Assembly (NCBI RefSeq): GCF_964204645.1
Contig: NC_134029.1
Coordinates: forward strand, 24,112,950 to 24,176,949
DNA: 64,000 nucleotides
Reading direction: 5' to 3'
DNA from: Tubulanus polymorphus
Lineage: Eukaryota; Animalia; Nemertea
Below the pieces are notes generated by a model that was given only the letters and a program-made list of their open reading frames with translations, did no database searches and was not told the DNA's origin. Shown in pieces: positions 26,082 to 38,631 of the stretch. Both the position numbers and the translations under genes were made by a program. Within the stretch, counting starts at the first letter, position 1, and each line of letters starts with the position of its first letter.

Positions 26082-29000
26082 ATGAGTGAATATTATATCG
26101 GTAAATCAGTGTCGATCGACTGCGGAGATGTTTTAGGCACGTATCAAGGCTTCGTATCTCAGGTCGATAAAGAACAACAAACGTTATCAATTATAAAAGC
26201 GTATCGGAATGGAATCTCGTGTCAGGTTCCGTCAATTACTATCAGGTAAATTATTAATCATTTCATAAACCTTAGTTTGAATCTGGATCCAGCTACAAAT
26301 GATTAAAGAATTAACTCCTAGGCCTACATCAGATCAAGATAAACTAAATTACGAAAAAAGTGTAATCATTTGTTGAGTTCAACTTAAAAATGGCTGCTGG
26401 GGGGGGGAGGGGGCGTGTTGGACGTAACAAACTGTTTAATCATATATAAAGTTGGTCTGAATTACATTGTTACAGTCCCCTACGACCTGTTGGGGAACAC
26501 TAGCTTTAGATACTAGACTCATTTCGTTTCAGTGCTGCTGATATTAAAGCTTTGAATATGATAGATACAGGACCAGTCCCGTCAGCTTACTGTAACCCTC
26601 CTCCAACACAAACTACCAGTACAACTAAACCTACTACTCCTCGTAAAAAGAAAGATGAGAATGAGAGGAGAGAAGAGTTCGGCAGACGTCGTTCTAATTC
26701 TTACTCAGGTACGGAAATTATCATTATCATCCTTCAGTTCACTGTTCAAACTATTCGAAAATACTTCAATCTTATCAACAAGACTGATAAAGAACAGACT
26801 GGCCTCACCTGGAAATCAGGAGAAGATCTTAAGTAATTTTGTAAAGAAGAGCTAAAAATCAGTGAAAGAGAAATTTGTTGAGATTGTGAGATCACGCATG
26901 AAATCGAACAGTTTCCGTCTATGTCTTATGTACTGGTATTTGACTGTGTTAATTGAGTGGATTCTTAGCAGATCGAGTCAGGGAAAGCAACATAGATTAC
27001 AGGCAGGGAAAAGTCAAATGAAAGTGGCGTCACCCTGAAGAAGACTTCAAATTTGCAAACAAGACTTCAAAGCCAATCATTCACTCATGATTTTTATTTC
27101 TAGCATCTGAACACAATGAAAAAGTACCCACTCGCCGCAGCGCGACTACCCCGAAAAAAATAGATCAGAGACAACATCAGCAGCAGAAACAACGAGGTGA
27201 AGTAAAAGATGATTGTTTCAGCGCGCCGGTCGAATCATTCCTAGAAGAGTTTGATTTCGAGAAGAATCTCGCGCTGTTCGATAAACAAGCGATATTTGAA
27301 GAGATCGAGAATAACATGAAACCGGACGTCGTTCGAAACACGGATAAACGAGCTCCGACGAAATATCGATGCGACGAAAACGTGCTTCCATCGGGACCGG
27401 TGATTTATCAACAGATTAAAATACCGCAACAATTCATCGCTGATAAACAATACGTTACTGGTAAATATTCAATATGCTTAGTAACTTCAGGGTTCTTACG
27501 GGAAGCAGGGAATTCTGAATGTTTTAGAAATCAGGGAAAAGTTCAGGGGATTTAAATTTTGGCGGTTTGTTCTTGCTGGTGACGAGTGGCACATGGATCC
27601 TCTCGATAAGAAACAGCTTCCTTTGAGGATAATTTAATCGAGGAACTTTTTGTCAGGAACTATCAACAAATTTTCGATTCCCTGATCTGTAAGAACCCTT
27701 CGAATTAATGAGGTATTTAGGAAATCTATCAGGCAATTTCTGGGAGCCAGATATTTACTAATGATAGTGTTACTGAATCAACTTGACTCTATCTCTGTCT
27801 CTACTCCACAGACCGTGGTTTAGTCGTGCCTAGTATCACATACTCGATGAAAGTAAAAATACAACAAACCGCTGAAAGATTTGGATTCGTTGCTCAGAGG
27901 CAGCTGGAAGCATTGGGTCGATCTACTGCTGAAATGGTTTTACAATTAATCGGAGGGAGTCACAGGTATTAACATCGTCAAATACAGTCACATCTCAAGG
28001 TCGTCGATCATTATATTGATGACTTAAGCTTAGTAGATTGAATTAGAAATACAAATTGGAGACAACTTCAATAATGTGGCTTATTGAATCACCAAGTTGA
28101 CCGTATTTGAATTGATTGGTTTGAGGATTGTTTTGTCGTTTGAATTTGCAGATTAAATCCTCAGAATTCTCACCAGCGACCGAGCGTTGTAATTCTGTGC
28201 GGCTCTCATATCCAAGGTGCTCAAGCTGTAAATTGTGCTCGTCATTTAATGAATCGTAGCGTGAATACGACTGTATTTATTCCCGAATCATCCCTCGTTC
28301 GTTCGTTAGCAGACGAACTGCATTTATACAACGTTTCAGACGGCAAGAAAGTTTCAACTGTCTCCGGTAACTATTCACTCTAACTCTCTCTTCCGCCACG
28401 CTCGTCAAAATTACGATAATTTCCGATATTTTTGCCACCAGAATCAGGAAATGTATCTGATTGATTTTCATTTGACAGGGCCGTCGGAGCAGGAGCGGCC
28501 ACAGCTGAACTAAAAATATTTTTTTTCATGTTCTTTCCTCTCGTGATGAATATCATGATTTTCATAGCCAGATTCATTCAGAATCAATCTCAGAGCTCGG
28601 GAACATCAAAAAAAAAATTTGGGGGAGGACCCCTAGACCCTTTTGAAATACAGCTACGTGGCAATCACATACTTTATCAGATCATCAATATAAACAATAG
28701 CCGCCCCACTGAAATTTTCCTTCCGACGGCCCTGTTTGAAGACACTCTGTAAAATTGAATACCGGTACCCGGTAATCTTTTTTGGATGTGAACTAATTTT
28801 AACTCAACTGACAAATGTAGAACAGGACCCTTGTTTCCATGGTTCTGATTTCATTTTGATTTAAGAGTTAAAATTAGTTCACTCTCAATTGTTTTGACTG
28901 CAGTCACATTGAACGGATGTCTTTAGAATTAGATCCAGTAATATGATTAATCAATGATTTCAATTACGCTTACCGGTATTTCATTAATTGATTTGTAGAA

Positions 29001-29330
29001 TTACCGACTACACCGGTTGATATAATAGTGAACGCTATCGACAGTCAGGATCAGCCGCACAATCAAACACAAAACTGGTATAAAGCGATGGTCAACTGGT
29101 CAAACGAGAGTAAAGCTCCGGTTCTAGCGTTGGATCCACCGGCGACCGGTACGACCATCGATACAAAGTGGTCGATCACGTCTATTTTACCGTTGAGTTT
29201 CACCGATAGCTGCGGTCAGGTTTACCTCTGCGACGTTGGATATCCGAATAAAATATTCAATGAGGTCGGAATTAAATATATGGCGCCGTTCGGTTCGAAA
29301 TTCTACATTCCGCTTCATTTGAAGAAATAA
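26082..29330 (+). CDS. EDC3: Enhancer of mRNA-decapping protein 3 (LSm + FDF + YjeF-N domains)
   Basis: Exons 26082-26245, 26533-26708, 27104-27460, 27812-27965, 28152-28366, 28999-29330. Motifs MSEYYIGKSVSIDCGDVLGTYQG, EEFDFEKNLALFDK, RLNPQNSHQRPSVVILCGSHIQGAQ, and APFGSKFYIPLH. Confidence 0.96.
27488..27699. mobile_element. Degenerate MITE in an EDC3 intron
   Basis: CAGGGTTCTTAC..CAGGGAA at the left end versus TTCCCTGATCTGTAAGAACCCT at the right end; no clear TSD. Confidence 0.55.
28476..28734. mobile_element. MITE with 13 bp TIRs and 5 bp direct flanks
   Basis: CAGGGCCGTCGGA ... TCCGACGGCCCTG, with TTTGA immediately on both sides. Confidence 0.8.
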
Positions 29331-32300
29331 TACGCGCGAAACTCGTTGCTGCTGAAGTCGACATAGTTTGGAGCCAATCATTAAAACTTAGTAAATTGAA
29401 TTAGAATTCAAGTTCCAGAGCTGCCAACTCGATCATTTTCAGTATTTTGTTACTATTTTGTCACGAGAAAAATACTGATTTATTTGATGTGTACTGAAAT
29501 GTGAAAGATGTTGTTACTGCGTGTCTTTTACCCCCTTGATTACTACTCAATTTGAACTGTTTCTTTCATATTTTAATGATATTTTCCCCTGAAGAATGTA
29601 CAACTTGTTACTGACAGCACTTTCCAGAGTTTGGCAGCTCTGTTCCGCTATAGACAGAACTTCAGTAATGTGACGAATTGCGTAAGTATTTTCTCAACCC
29701 ACGTTTCATCGACCTCAGAATTCAAATGACTACGTAAGACCAGGAGCCAGTCGCTCAATAATTGGTAAGAGTTAATTGGTGGATAGATACCACGGGTACA
29801 ATGCACTTTCAATTGTCACTATGTCATCTTATCCGCAGGTTAACTCTTACCAACTTTCCAGCAACTGGTCCCTGTACGTATGTGTAGATAACTCTGGTGT
29901 GAAACTCGGTCCAGTGTCGATGATAACTGGTCCTGATCGTCTCTCTGTGACAGCCTGTATTTCTGAACATTATAAATCGGTGCCTCGCGTACAATGTTTA
30001 ATTTATTCAATTTTATCGTGTTGATGATATTTAATTTTTTAAACGCATTTTTCAATCAAAATGGTTTTTGTTTTTATAACGGCGCAACGATCTGATGTAT
30101 ACATTTTAGACAGTAATAACGTAGTCTCTGCTGAGAATGATGATTGATGATGATGATGAAACATCAGGTTTTCATTGACGCTGCGTTTATTTATATAATC
30201 TATGTTTGATATGTGTTCAGTGGTTATAGTATAAATGTAGCTGTGATAATGAGATTTGTGCAAGCATCAAATAAACATTACATTTTAACGGACATTTTCT
30301 CAGTTTTAGTTGTTAATTTATTCGTTTCTTTTATACGGTATTTTTAGAACTGGCCTCCGAGGATTCCAGCCACGTAAATTCTTGTAGCTGATGGGAAGAA
30401 ATGAAACCCCTCGGACCCCACCAAAAATCTCTGTTCCCTCACCCAACTAGTCTCATTGGACCCCAATCAATGAAAAATACCTCCTTGAACACTAGTTGAT
30501 GAGCAACACCTCTCCTCTGATGCGTGCCCGGTAACTTGACTGAATCGCTGGTCTTTTGAAAAACACTTCAGTTTTAATAAATGGTATTTATTTTCCAAAT
30601 ATACATTTCATTGATCAATAATATTGAATATATGTATATTTATATATATATTAACGGCACACACTGAAGAATGAGAAGAAGTTATTGATAATAATCCTTA
30701 TATTGAACCACAATCAATGACCATAAACACAAATATTCAAGAGAAATGAAAATTTCATTTGAAAATAGCACTATTTAACAATATACGTATTGGAATATGT
30801 CATTATTGCTGCTTTGATTCCTGCGTTTTAAGCAACGGTAACATTTTCAAATCTAATCAGTTGCTTTCACTAACTCTCGGGTTCAGTGGAATGAAGCATA
30901 CAAATATCTACGTAATCCGAGCTAATTCATTCTAGCGTTTTTGGTCAGCAATGATTTTCTACCATGTAAAGTATTGAAACTCAAAATCAACTAAAATACA
31001 AAACGTTTCATTCTAATTCGTTAATAAAGATTGTAGTTATGAATTGTTAAGACTGATTTACAGATTGTTTACAGAATGATGAATATTTTACACTGAGATC
31101 ATCGAACACACATGGACTTTACTTAGCACAATCAATACAACCAAAAACCGAGCTCCTCATCAACGTATTCGAGTGTAGATGATGATTAGAATGATTCGCT
31201 CGAGGTGGCAGTAAGAGACAGGTCAAACAGGGAGGGGGCTACAGGTCAAAATATCACATCAATCGCTTCAAGCACAACAAAATACATCGTACAGCGGAAC
31301 CACTTTTACAATAACCTCACATATAACGTTTTATCAGTTATCACAAACCTAGAATATCATCCCAAATAGGACGAGTTAAAACCCATACTGGATAAGTCCA
31401 AAAGTGGTCTTAAGACTGGCCTGTTAGATTAGCTATAGAACTAAGTTGGTCTTAGACCGGTTTTAAGTCTAAGCCATGACTATGGAACCAACTACTGAAG
31501 TTCATAGTAACAAGATTTAGCTGTAGAATTCTAATCAAACTCATTGTTTATAACGTAACTTTGATAATTTGCCGAACGATGAATCGTGATGTGAATGATA
31601 TATCAATGAATATCGAAAATACGATTGAAATTGTTGAGAGTTAATACAAACAGGAAATTAGACAACAACAGACCGACAGGGAGTCGGTAGAAATCACAAA
31701 CATGATTCCTATAGATGATAAACTGCGCAACCACACCCATCAATCATCACTCGCTCATCTGACAACAATCTGCTTACAGATATACTAGAGATATAGATAT
31801 TCAAATAATAACAGTATTGTTTATAATACAAGATTGAATAATTCATTGACACTATAGATATTTATATGGGCCCTATATATATATATATATATACATGTAC
31901 TATATATGAATAGGGTAATTACACAATAATATCATTACATATATAGACACAACACTTAATAAATAGTGTTTGGACAGTTAACAGAGAGAGGGAGAGAGAG
32001 AGCACCACCCCTGAGAACAAAAACACCATTTTATTGAATATTATTTGCAAATGTGATTTCAGTTATTTTCATGATTATCACAAAATTCAGTTCCACAGTA
32101 CTGGATCGAGTTCCACAGTTCCCTAACTCACAACTGTGGAACTGGGTACAGTTCTCTCACAGTTCCCTTACTTAAAACTTGACTCTGAGGTTAAATGAAC
32201 TAATTTCAACTCATTTTTCATTTTTCGAATATTTGACTACAGTGTCAAATTCTAACAATGAACTGTAGAACTAGCCAGACTTTGTTACTAATTAGGTAAT

Positions 32301-32592
32301 AAACCAATAAGACACTGAACTTATTCCATTATCTCTCATACTGGTAGTTGCAGCATTCCAACTCTATGCTTCTATAGGCGTATATATAACATAGTGACCT
32401 AAATAACTACATCAAAATGCAACAGAAGAAAACTTTGATAAAATTTCAAATATATTAATTTTCATATCGACGACAATCATTATTAAATGACCTCATTATT
32501 AACGCACATCAGAGCAACGATTATCATAACTCTACAACAATCTCCAATTACTCTTTAACTTTTTATCAAACGAATTGAAAATGCAGTCATAA

Positions 32593-32813
32593 CAGGGGCG
32601 GATCCTCGAGAGCTGAATTCCAACCATAGCACCAACAGAAAAGGTCACCAAGAATAATAATATATAGTCTATTTATCCTGCATTCCTCTGAACTGACACT
32701 AAGTCTTATAGCAGCGCTTTCTGGAGGTTATAGCGTATGTAATTTGATAAATTGCGAGGCCTTGTACAAAAATGCACCCGATATCTTGACTGTACGATGT
32801 AGATCCGTCCCTG
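32593..32813. mobile_element. MITE with CAGGG(G/A)CGGATC ends, downstream of the ABHD17 stop codon
   Basis: 12 bp TIR with one mismatch; TSD not exact. Confidence 0.55.
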
Positions 32814-32943
32814 ATTAAACTATTAATCAATGAATGTTAAAAACTGCTGGAGAAAAAGAGGACACAATTCTTCCTGGTCCTACATTGTTATATATCTATA
32901 CTATATATCGGTTTATGAAATGAACTTAAGATGGCAGCAGTTG

Positions 32944-35558
32944 TCAATTAACGGCCAGCTCGACACTGATGAACTGTTTAAGTCGCTCCAAATATTGTCC
33001 GAATAATTCGACGTCGTTGTGCCCGGCGCCCTCGACCCACAGAGGCTCGACAGTCCGCGGGCAGCGTTCGTATATCGCTAACCCGTGCGAAAAATCAATA
33101 ACTTCATCCTCGGTTCCGTGTATGACCAATACGGGTGACGATATCTTCGGTACTTTATCGATGCTGCAATAGAAATTGAAAAACACAACAATCAGTCGTA
33201 GCCATAGAGATTGATAATCAATAGACACCAGGTATCTGACACACTACTAACAGTTACAAAAATATTATCGCCCTCAATTCAGCTGCTTGTGTTCATATTT
33301 ACTTAAAACATTCTGCATGTTTTACATCTTGTATTTAATGATGATGCTGTTCACATAATAGTTTAGCCATGGAGTGATCTGGTATTTTAATACACACATT
33401 CATGTCTTCCTGGAATCCTGGGGCTGCAGTTGCTCAAAAGTTGGTTAGTATTAACCAGTGGATAGTTGATATAGTGACAATTAAAAGTTCATAGTTTCTT
33501 CATGGTATTTATCCACTGGTTATCTTTAACCAACTTATGAGCAACTGCACTTTTTTGCAAGCTTGATTGATCACCAGTATAACAACTGTTAATTTACCAG
33601 CCGACTGATTACGCGTCGTGAGGAATGGCTACATTGTCACTCAGACCTATTACCAGATCTTTTGTGTAATGGTACATAGTGATGTGTCAAAAACAAATAT
33701 GGCTGATTTAGGAATTTTACAAATTGCAATAGTCTGGACACCAAAATACCATGAAAACATCACTAATTTCAGTAATGTGAACATCCCTAATTTCAGTGTC
33801 CACAGAGATCAGAGAATCAGTTCGGCTAAATTATCATTTACACATCTTTTTTGAGGTTTATACTTAAAGTATCATGGATCAGTATCAAAGGGAGTGGAGC
33901 CAGCTTTCATTTATTAGTGTCAAATCATTTAATAAACGTCATCCATTAAGAAATCAATCAACACAATAGAGAGAGTGGGAGAGGGAGTGGGAGAGGGAGA
34001 GTGTGGGAGAGAGGAGAGAGAGGTGATATCACGCCACAGCTGTGAGTTTCAGTGTAACCACATACTACAGTCAGCTGGAACACTATCAATCAATATGAAC
34101 TCAATTCAGAAACAATTCCATCAATATTTCATACATTTTTCCATAACTGACCAATGACATTTACAGTATTACCGTAACAGTGACAGTTACAGTGAGTGAC
34201 AGTAATACTGAAACAGTGGCAGTTTAAGACTGATAACTGGTTGATTACTGGAGTTGAGGACTCAAACACATCAGACTATTATCGATAAGTGTCTTACACT
34301 CAAATAGAACAACCTGTAACAGTAACAACTGTCACCCACCCTTGCCTCACTCCCTACTCTCAAGAGGCCATTATACACACTCAACCTTCTTCCCCACAAG
34401 ACACTGATGCCTAAGTAAAAGTACCATTTATTATGAAATCAATATCGATGCGAGTGAGAACCCAACGAGTCAGATACCAATAGGCCTTTATCAGACTTCC
34501 ATCCGTCCTTGATATTATTACAAGCCTCGTTGAAAAACATCATGCGCTACTTATGATGATCCCTACACGGCTCCTTATCTGGCTATTGTTCCCTTGGAAC
34601 CGGCTCCACAGTTGTCAGTTAAGATTTGACTCATTGAAAATGAACTTAAACTCATAGTTTATTAACTCACAACAATGGAAGTGGATCCTGAGTTCAGAGC
34701 TAACTCTATAACTCACAACTGTAAAACTGGATCCTGAGTTCAGAGTTAACTCTAACTCACAACAGTGATACAGGATCCTGAGTTCCGAGTTAACTCTTAA
34801 CTCATAACAGTGGAAATAGATCCTGAGTTCAGAGTTAACTCTAAAACTCACAACTTTGGAACTAGATCCTGGTATTTATACTTCTCCTTCCCTCAATGTT
34901 AAGATGCTTACCTGGGAAACGCGTCAAAGAACCAGGTGCGTTTAGTGTCAGGGAACGCGACCCTCATTCCAGACATAAGAGGTGAGTGTAAAACTACAGC
35001 TCCGACCTCGTATCGGGACGCGAGGTCTATAGTCGGTACCGTACCGATACTCTGACCATACAGTATTATATTCTCCGGGCTGATACCGTATCGAGTACGC
35101 AGAGCCTGCCACGCCGCGTCGATATCCGTGTAGAGATTCTTCTCGGACGGTCGACCAGAACTGATCCCGTAACCTGAGTAATCGAAACTAAATATATTAC
35201 AATTAATCCTCGAGCCGAGTCCGACGTAGAAACTGCTCATCTGCCCGAGATCGACGGCGTTACCGTGACTGAACAGTATTGTATACTTCGCGTGCGGTGA
35301 ACAGCGTACGAACATACACGCGATACGATTACCACGAGCGGTACGCGTCATGAAAACCTCGATCAGATCGAGCTCTTTCTGCGTGTACTGCCATTCTGCT
35401 CGGTCGGTCAGGTGCAGACTGTAACGCGACCCTGTCTCATCTGATATGAATGAATATGTCGGTTCGGGTGGAAGGAATGCTAGTTTCGCCGCGATTCGCG
35501 ATGGACACGGGGGACAGCAAAATAGACAGCATAGTTCACTGAATGATAAGCCGTTCAT
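32944..35558 (-). CDS. ABHD17: Alpha/beta hydrolase ABHD17 (protein depalmitoylase)
   Basis: Two exons, 35558-34912 and 33163-32944. N-terminal [11 protein letters not shown] cluster, GQSIG nucleophile elbow, HGTEDEVI and GAGHND complete the triad. Confidence 0.98.
33421..33550. mobile_element. Short palindromic MITE (related copy at ~29744-29872)
   Basis: TGCAGTTGCTCAAAAGTTGGTTA ... TAACCAACTTATGAGCAACTGCA inverted arms. Confidence 0.7.
34600..34871. repeat. Copy of the abundant CCAGTTCCACAGTTGTGAGTT MITE family with its end amplified as ~45 bp tandem units
   Basis: About 5 units of GAGTTAACTCTAACTCACAACTGTGGAACTGGATCCT. Related copies at ~8313, 24390-24482, 28790-28940, 32086-32275, 37098-37190, 45341-45448 and 56826-56935. 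Confidence 0.8.
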
Positions 35559-36760
35559 TTCGGCTCCGGCTTTGTGATCCCGTTCAGGAGGATCCCGTTT
35601 ACTGGAGAATGTGTTATACTTGCTGTTAGCAATGGTGACTGTTTAATATCGGATCCGCAACTCTGAAAATTCGCTAAATTCGCTTCGGAAAATTATTTAG
35701 AAAATGACGAATCTTTCGATTAATGAGTTTCTGTGGACTTTGTAGGAACTGTGCTCGGGTGGTCCCAGCCGCTGAGTGGTCATCGGCTCGGGCGTCGAGA
35801 AAGATGCAAACTAATCATTTAGATGACACGAAATGACGACATTAAATACTCGTGTCAAATTTATTTGCAGTCAGTTTTAGATATATTTCCATAAAGAAAA
35901 GAATTTTTCATCCGCAGATCTAGAAAGAAAATGTCTTTTTCTAAACTAAGTTTAGATTAGTATTCAAGTCTACTGGTCAAAATGTGTGAATGTAGTTTGT
36001 GAGAACCACGGATTCCTGAAAAAGTTTACTTTTGGTATTAGTTGCGGTTTGATAAGAATGAAATACGTTGCTTTCATTAATCCGAAGCGAGATATGATGA
36101 TTCGCCAGTTCACGCCCCTAACTAGAATGATTAGTATTTTAGTTTGTCGTGACCTATCAGCTCCGAGACTTCTCGTGGCATATACCGCGAACTATTTGAG
36201 TAATGACGTCAGTGAGAAGTGAAATTAAATTCTTATATTTATTAAAATGCATTCTATAGCTATCAATACATTTTTTGTCATTCAAATTATTTTTTTGCGT
36301 CCTCTACCTTTTTTGTATCTACATTTTTGAATAGTTTTGAATTCATTTGTTATTTCACAATTTATTATTCACTGCTGACCTACAATATGTCAGCGCCCAT
36401 GACCAAAAAATTTTGAATAAATGCATGAAACGTGTGCCTTCCTTCCTGCTTTTCTGATCAGCTTACCACGAAGAGCTTAATATATAGAAAGGGAAGTTCA
36501 TATCTGCAAATTCATTTTAGATAAGAAACAAGGTTCGTAACTGACACCCCATACCCTGCAGCCGTGCAGGAAAGTCAGACAATAAGTCAAGAGTCAAACT
36601 GCACCTTCTCTCTCCTCCGTCTCTCTCCGGGGCCCTCTTCATTTTCAATTCTCTCCAAATGCTCTACTCTGTACTATTAATATACTTCGAACATCATGCT
36701 GGTTTTTCCTTTCTTATCTTATATCATACGCAATTTGTAATTGTGGTAATTTCATTTCAG

Positions 36761-37917
36761 ATGAGTTCGCAGAAAGGAAACTCGAAAAGAACGCGTGGAC
36801 AGAAATATCAGAATAAATCAGCGTTTAAAAATAACCTACACGATACGAGTAAAATGACTAAATTATTGAATGAACTCGCTGTAACGGGAGTGTGCAAACA
36901 CTGCAGTGAAATCATTGACTGGAAAATCAAATATAAGAAATACAAACCACTGACGCAAGCTAAAAAATGGTATTCATTATTTAATGACCCAATTTCATGG
37001 TTATGTTTGACTTATTTACATAAAAATTAGCTCATTTCTGATCGTTTAATTAGTAGAGTAAAATGTTGGTTTTAATGTAACATGACCAATAACCAAATCC
37101 AGTTCCACAGTAGCTTGATCTAATTCCGCAGTAACTGAACTGAATCCAAATACTGTATAACCAGGTCCATTTACTGTTGAACTGGATCCAGATGTCTTTC
37201 TTTGTTGTGAATTTGAACAAGTGTAAATTTTGTCTAATTGCGTCTTTTGCTATTTCCAGTACTAAGTGTTTACAAAAGACTGTGAAGAAAGCTTATTACA
37301 TCATCTGTGAACCGTGTGCTAAAAAACATGAAGTTTGCGCGAAATGTGGCAAGAATGAAGAAATAGTTCAAGAGTAAGTTACAAATATCTGTCTGCAGTG
37401 ATTGTTATGGATGTGTTCAGTTTGACTAAACGATGATGATACTTTTTTCAGACCGCTGCCGTCAGAAGCTGAAGAAGCAAGAATGCAATCACAGTTTGAG
37501 CAAGAATTGAAACTTTTACCCGAACGAAAACGAAGTAAGTTGAAGATATCGAAGCTGCTTTGTAGGTTAATTCTAAAGGGTCGCGATGATTCTAGTTGAT
37601 ACCTAATTTAGATGTAATAATGGCTTCAGGCAAATTATAATTAATGTTTTGTAGAGACGTTTTTGAGACTTCAGGCAAGTGGTAAATTGACTGGTGAAAA
37701 TCTTAAAACAACGGAACAAGAAAATACAGATTTGTGTCAGTCTTCAGATTCATCAGACGAGGATGAAAATAGTGATGATAGAATTGAACAGTCAATATGT
37801 GAAGCGGAAAATGTGATCGTTGAAGGGCAAGAGACTTTTAATGGGGGAGAGCCTATTAGTGGTGGGCAGGGGGCAGAGACTGTCTGTGGGAGAGGGGCAG
37901 ACACTGTTAGTGAATGA
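36761..37917 (+). CDS. C9orf85: C9orf85 homolog (DUF2039 family)
   Basis: Exons 36761-36969, 37260-37373, 37452-37534, 37655-37917. MSSQKGNSKRTRGQKYQNKSAFKNNLHD, VCKHCSEIIDWKIKYKKYKPL, CxxC pairs, acidic tail. Confidence 0.93.
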
Positions 37918-38631
37918 ATTATATATACATAAATCATTACAACTCAATGTTTTTTTAGTTCCTCTGGTTTGTGGTGATGCAGTCCTAATGGAGTCCGAGG
38001 ATGATTAAAAAGTCAATTCATCTCTGGTAATCAGTAGCTATATAGAATCATGTCACAGACCACAATGAGGAAAGGATGGATCGTTTTTGCCGCCATCATC
38101 AAAACATGAACACAACTTATAGAAATGATTATCAGGTGTTTTATTCTTCTAAAAGCAGCCAGTATGACATAATACATGATGTAGCAATGTCAATCAATTC
38201 ATTTGGTAATTATACATTTACTAATTAACTAAATTACAGACAGTTATATACAGTAGACTTACAGACACAATATTCTTATTATCAACAACATTTTCAACCA
38301 AACGTTAAAAATCTGGTAAGGTCCAATTTGACTTCATAGAAACTGTTTTAAATATCATCCAACAACAACTGATAAAAGTGAACTTACTCTCTGGCTCACT
38401 GCAGAAATTCTGATCTCGCAATCAGTTAGTTCTTTCACATTTCCTGATTGATTGTAGGACTAGACTTAACTCGACTTCGACAGTCAATGGAGATTAGGTC
38501 TTTAAAGCCTCGGAAATAATCATCCAAACTGTCATTATGAGCGGAAACTGGTACACTGGTTTCTGAAGCGCGGGTTTTAGAATACGGATTCATGATATAA
38601 ATATATGTCCTATTTATTATTTTAACAGTTT

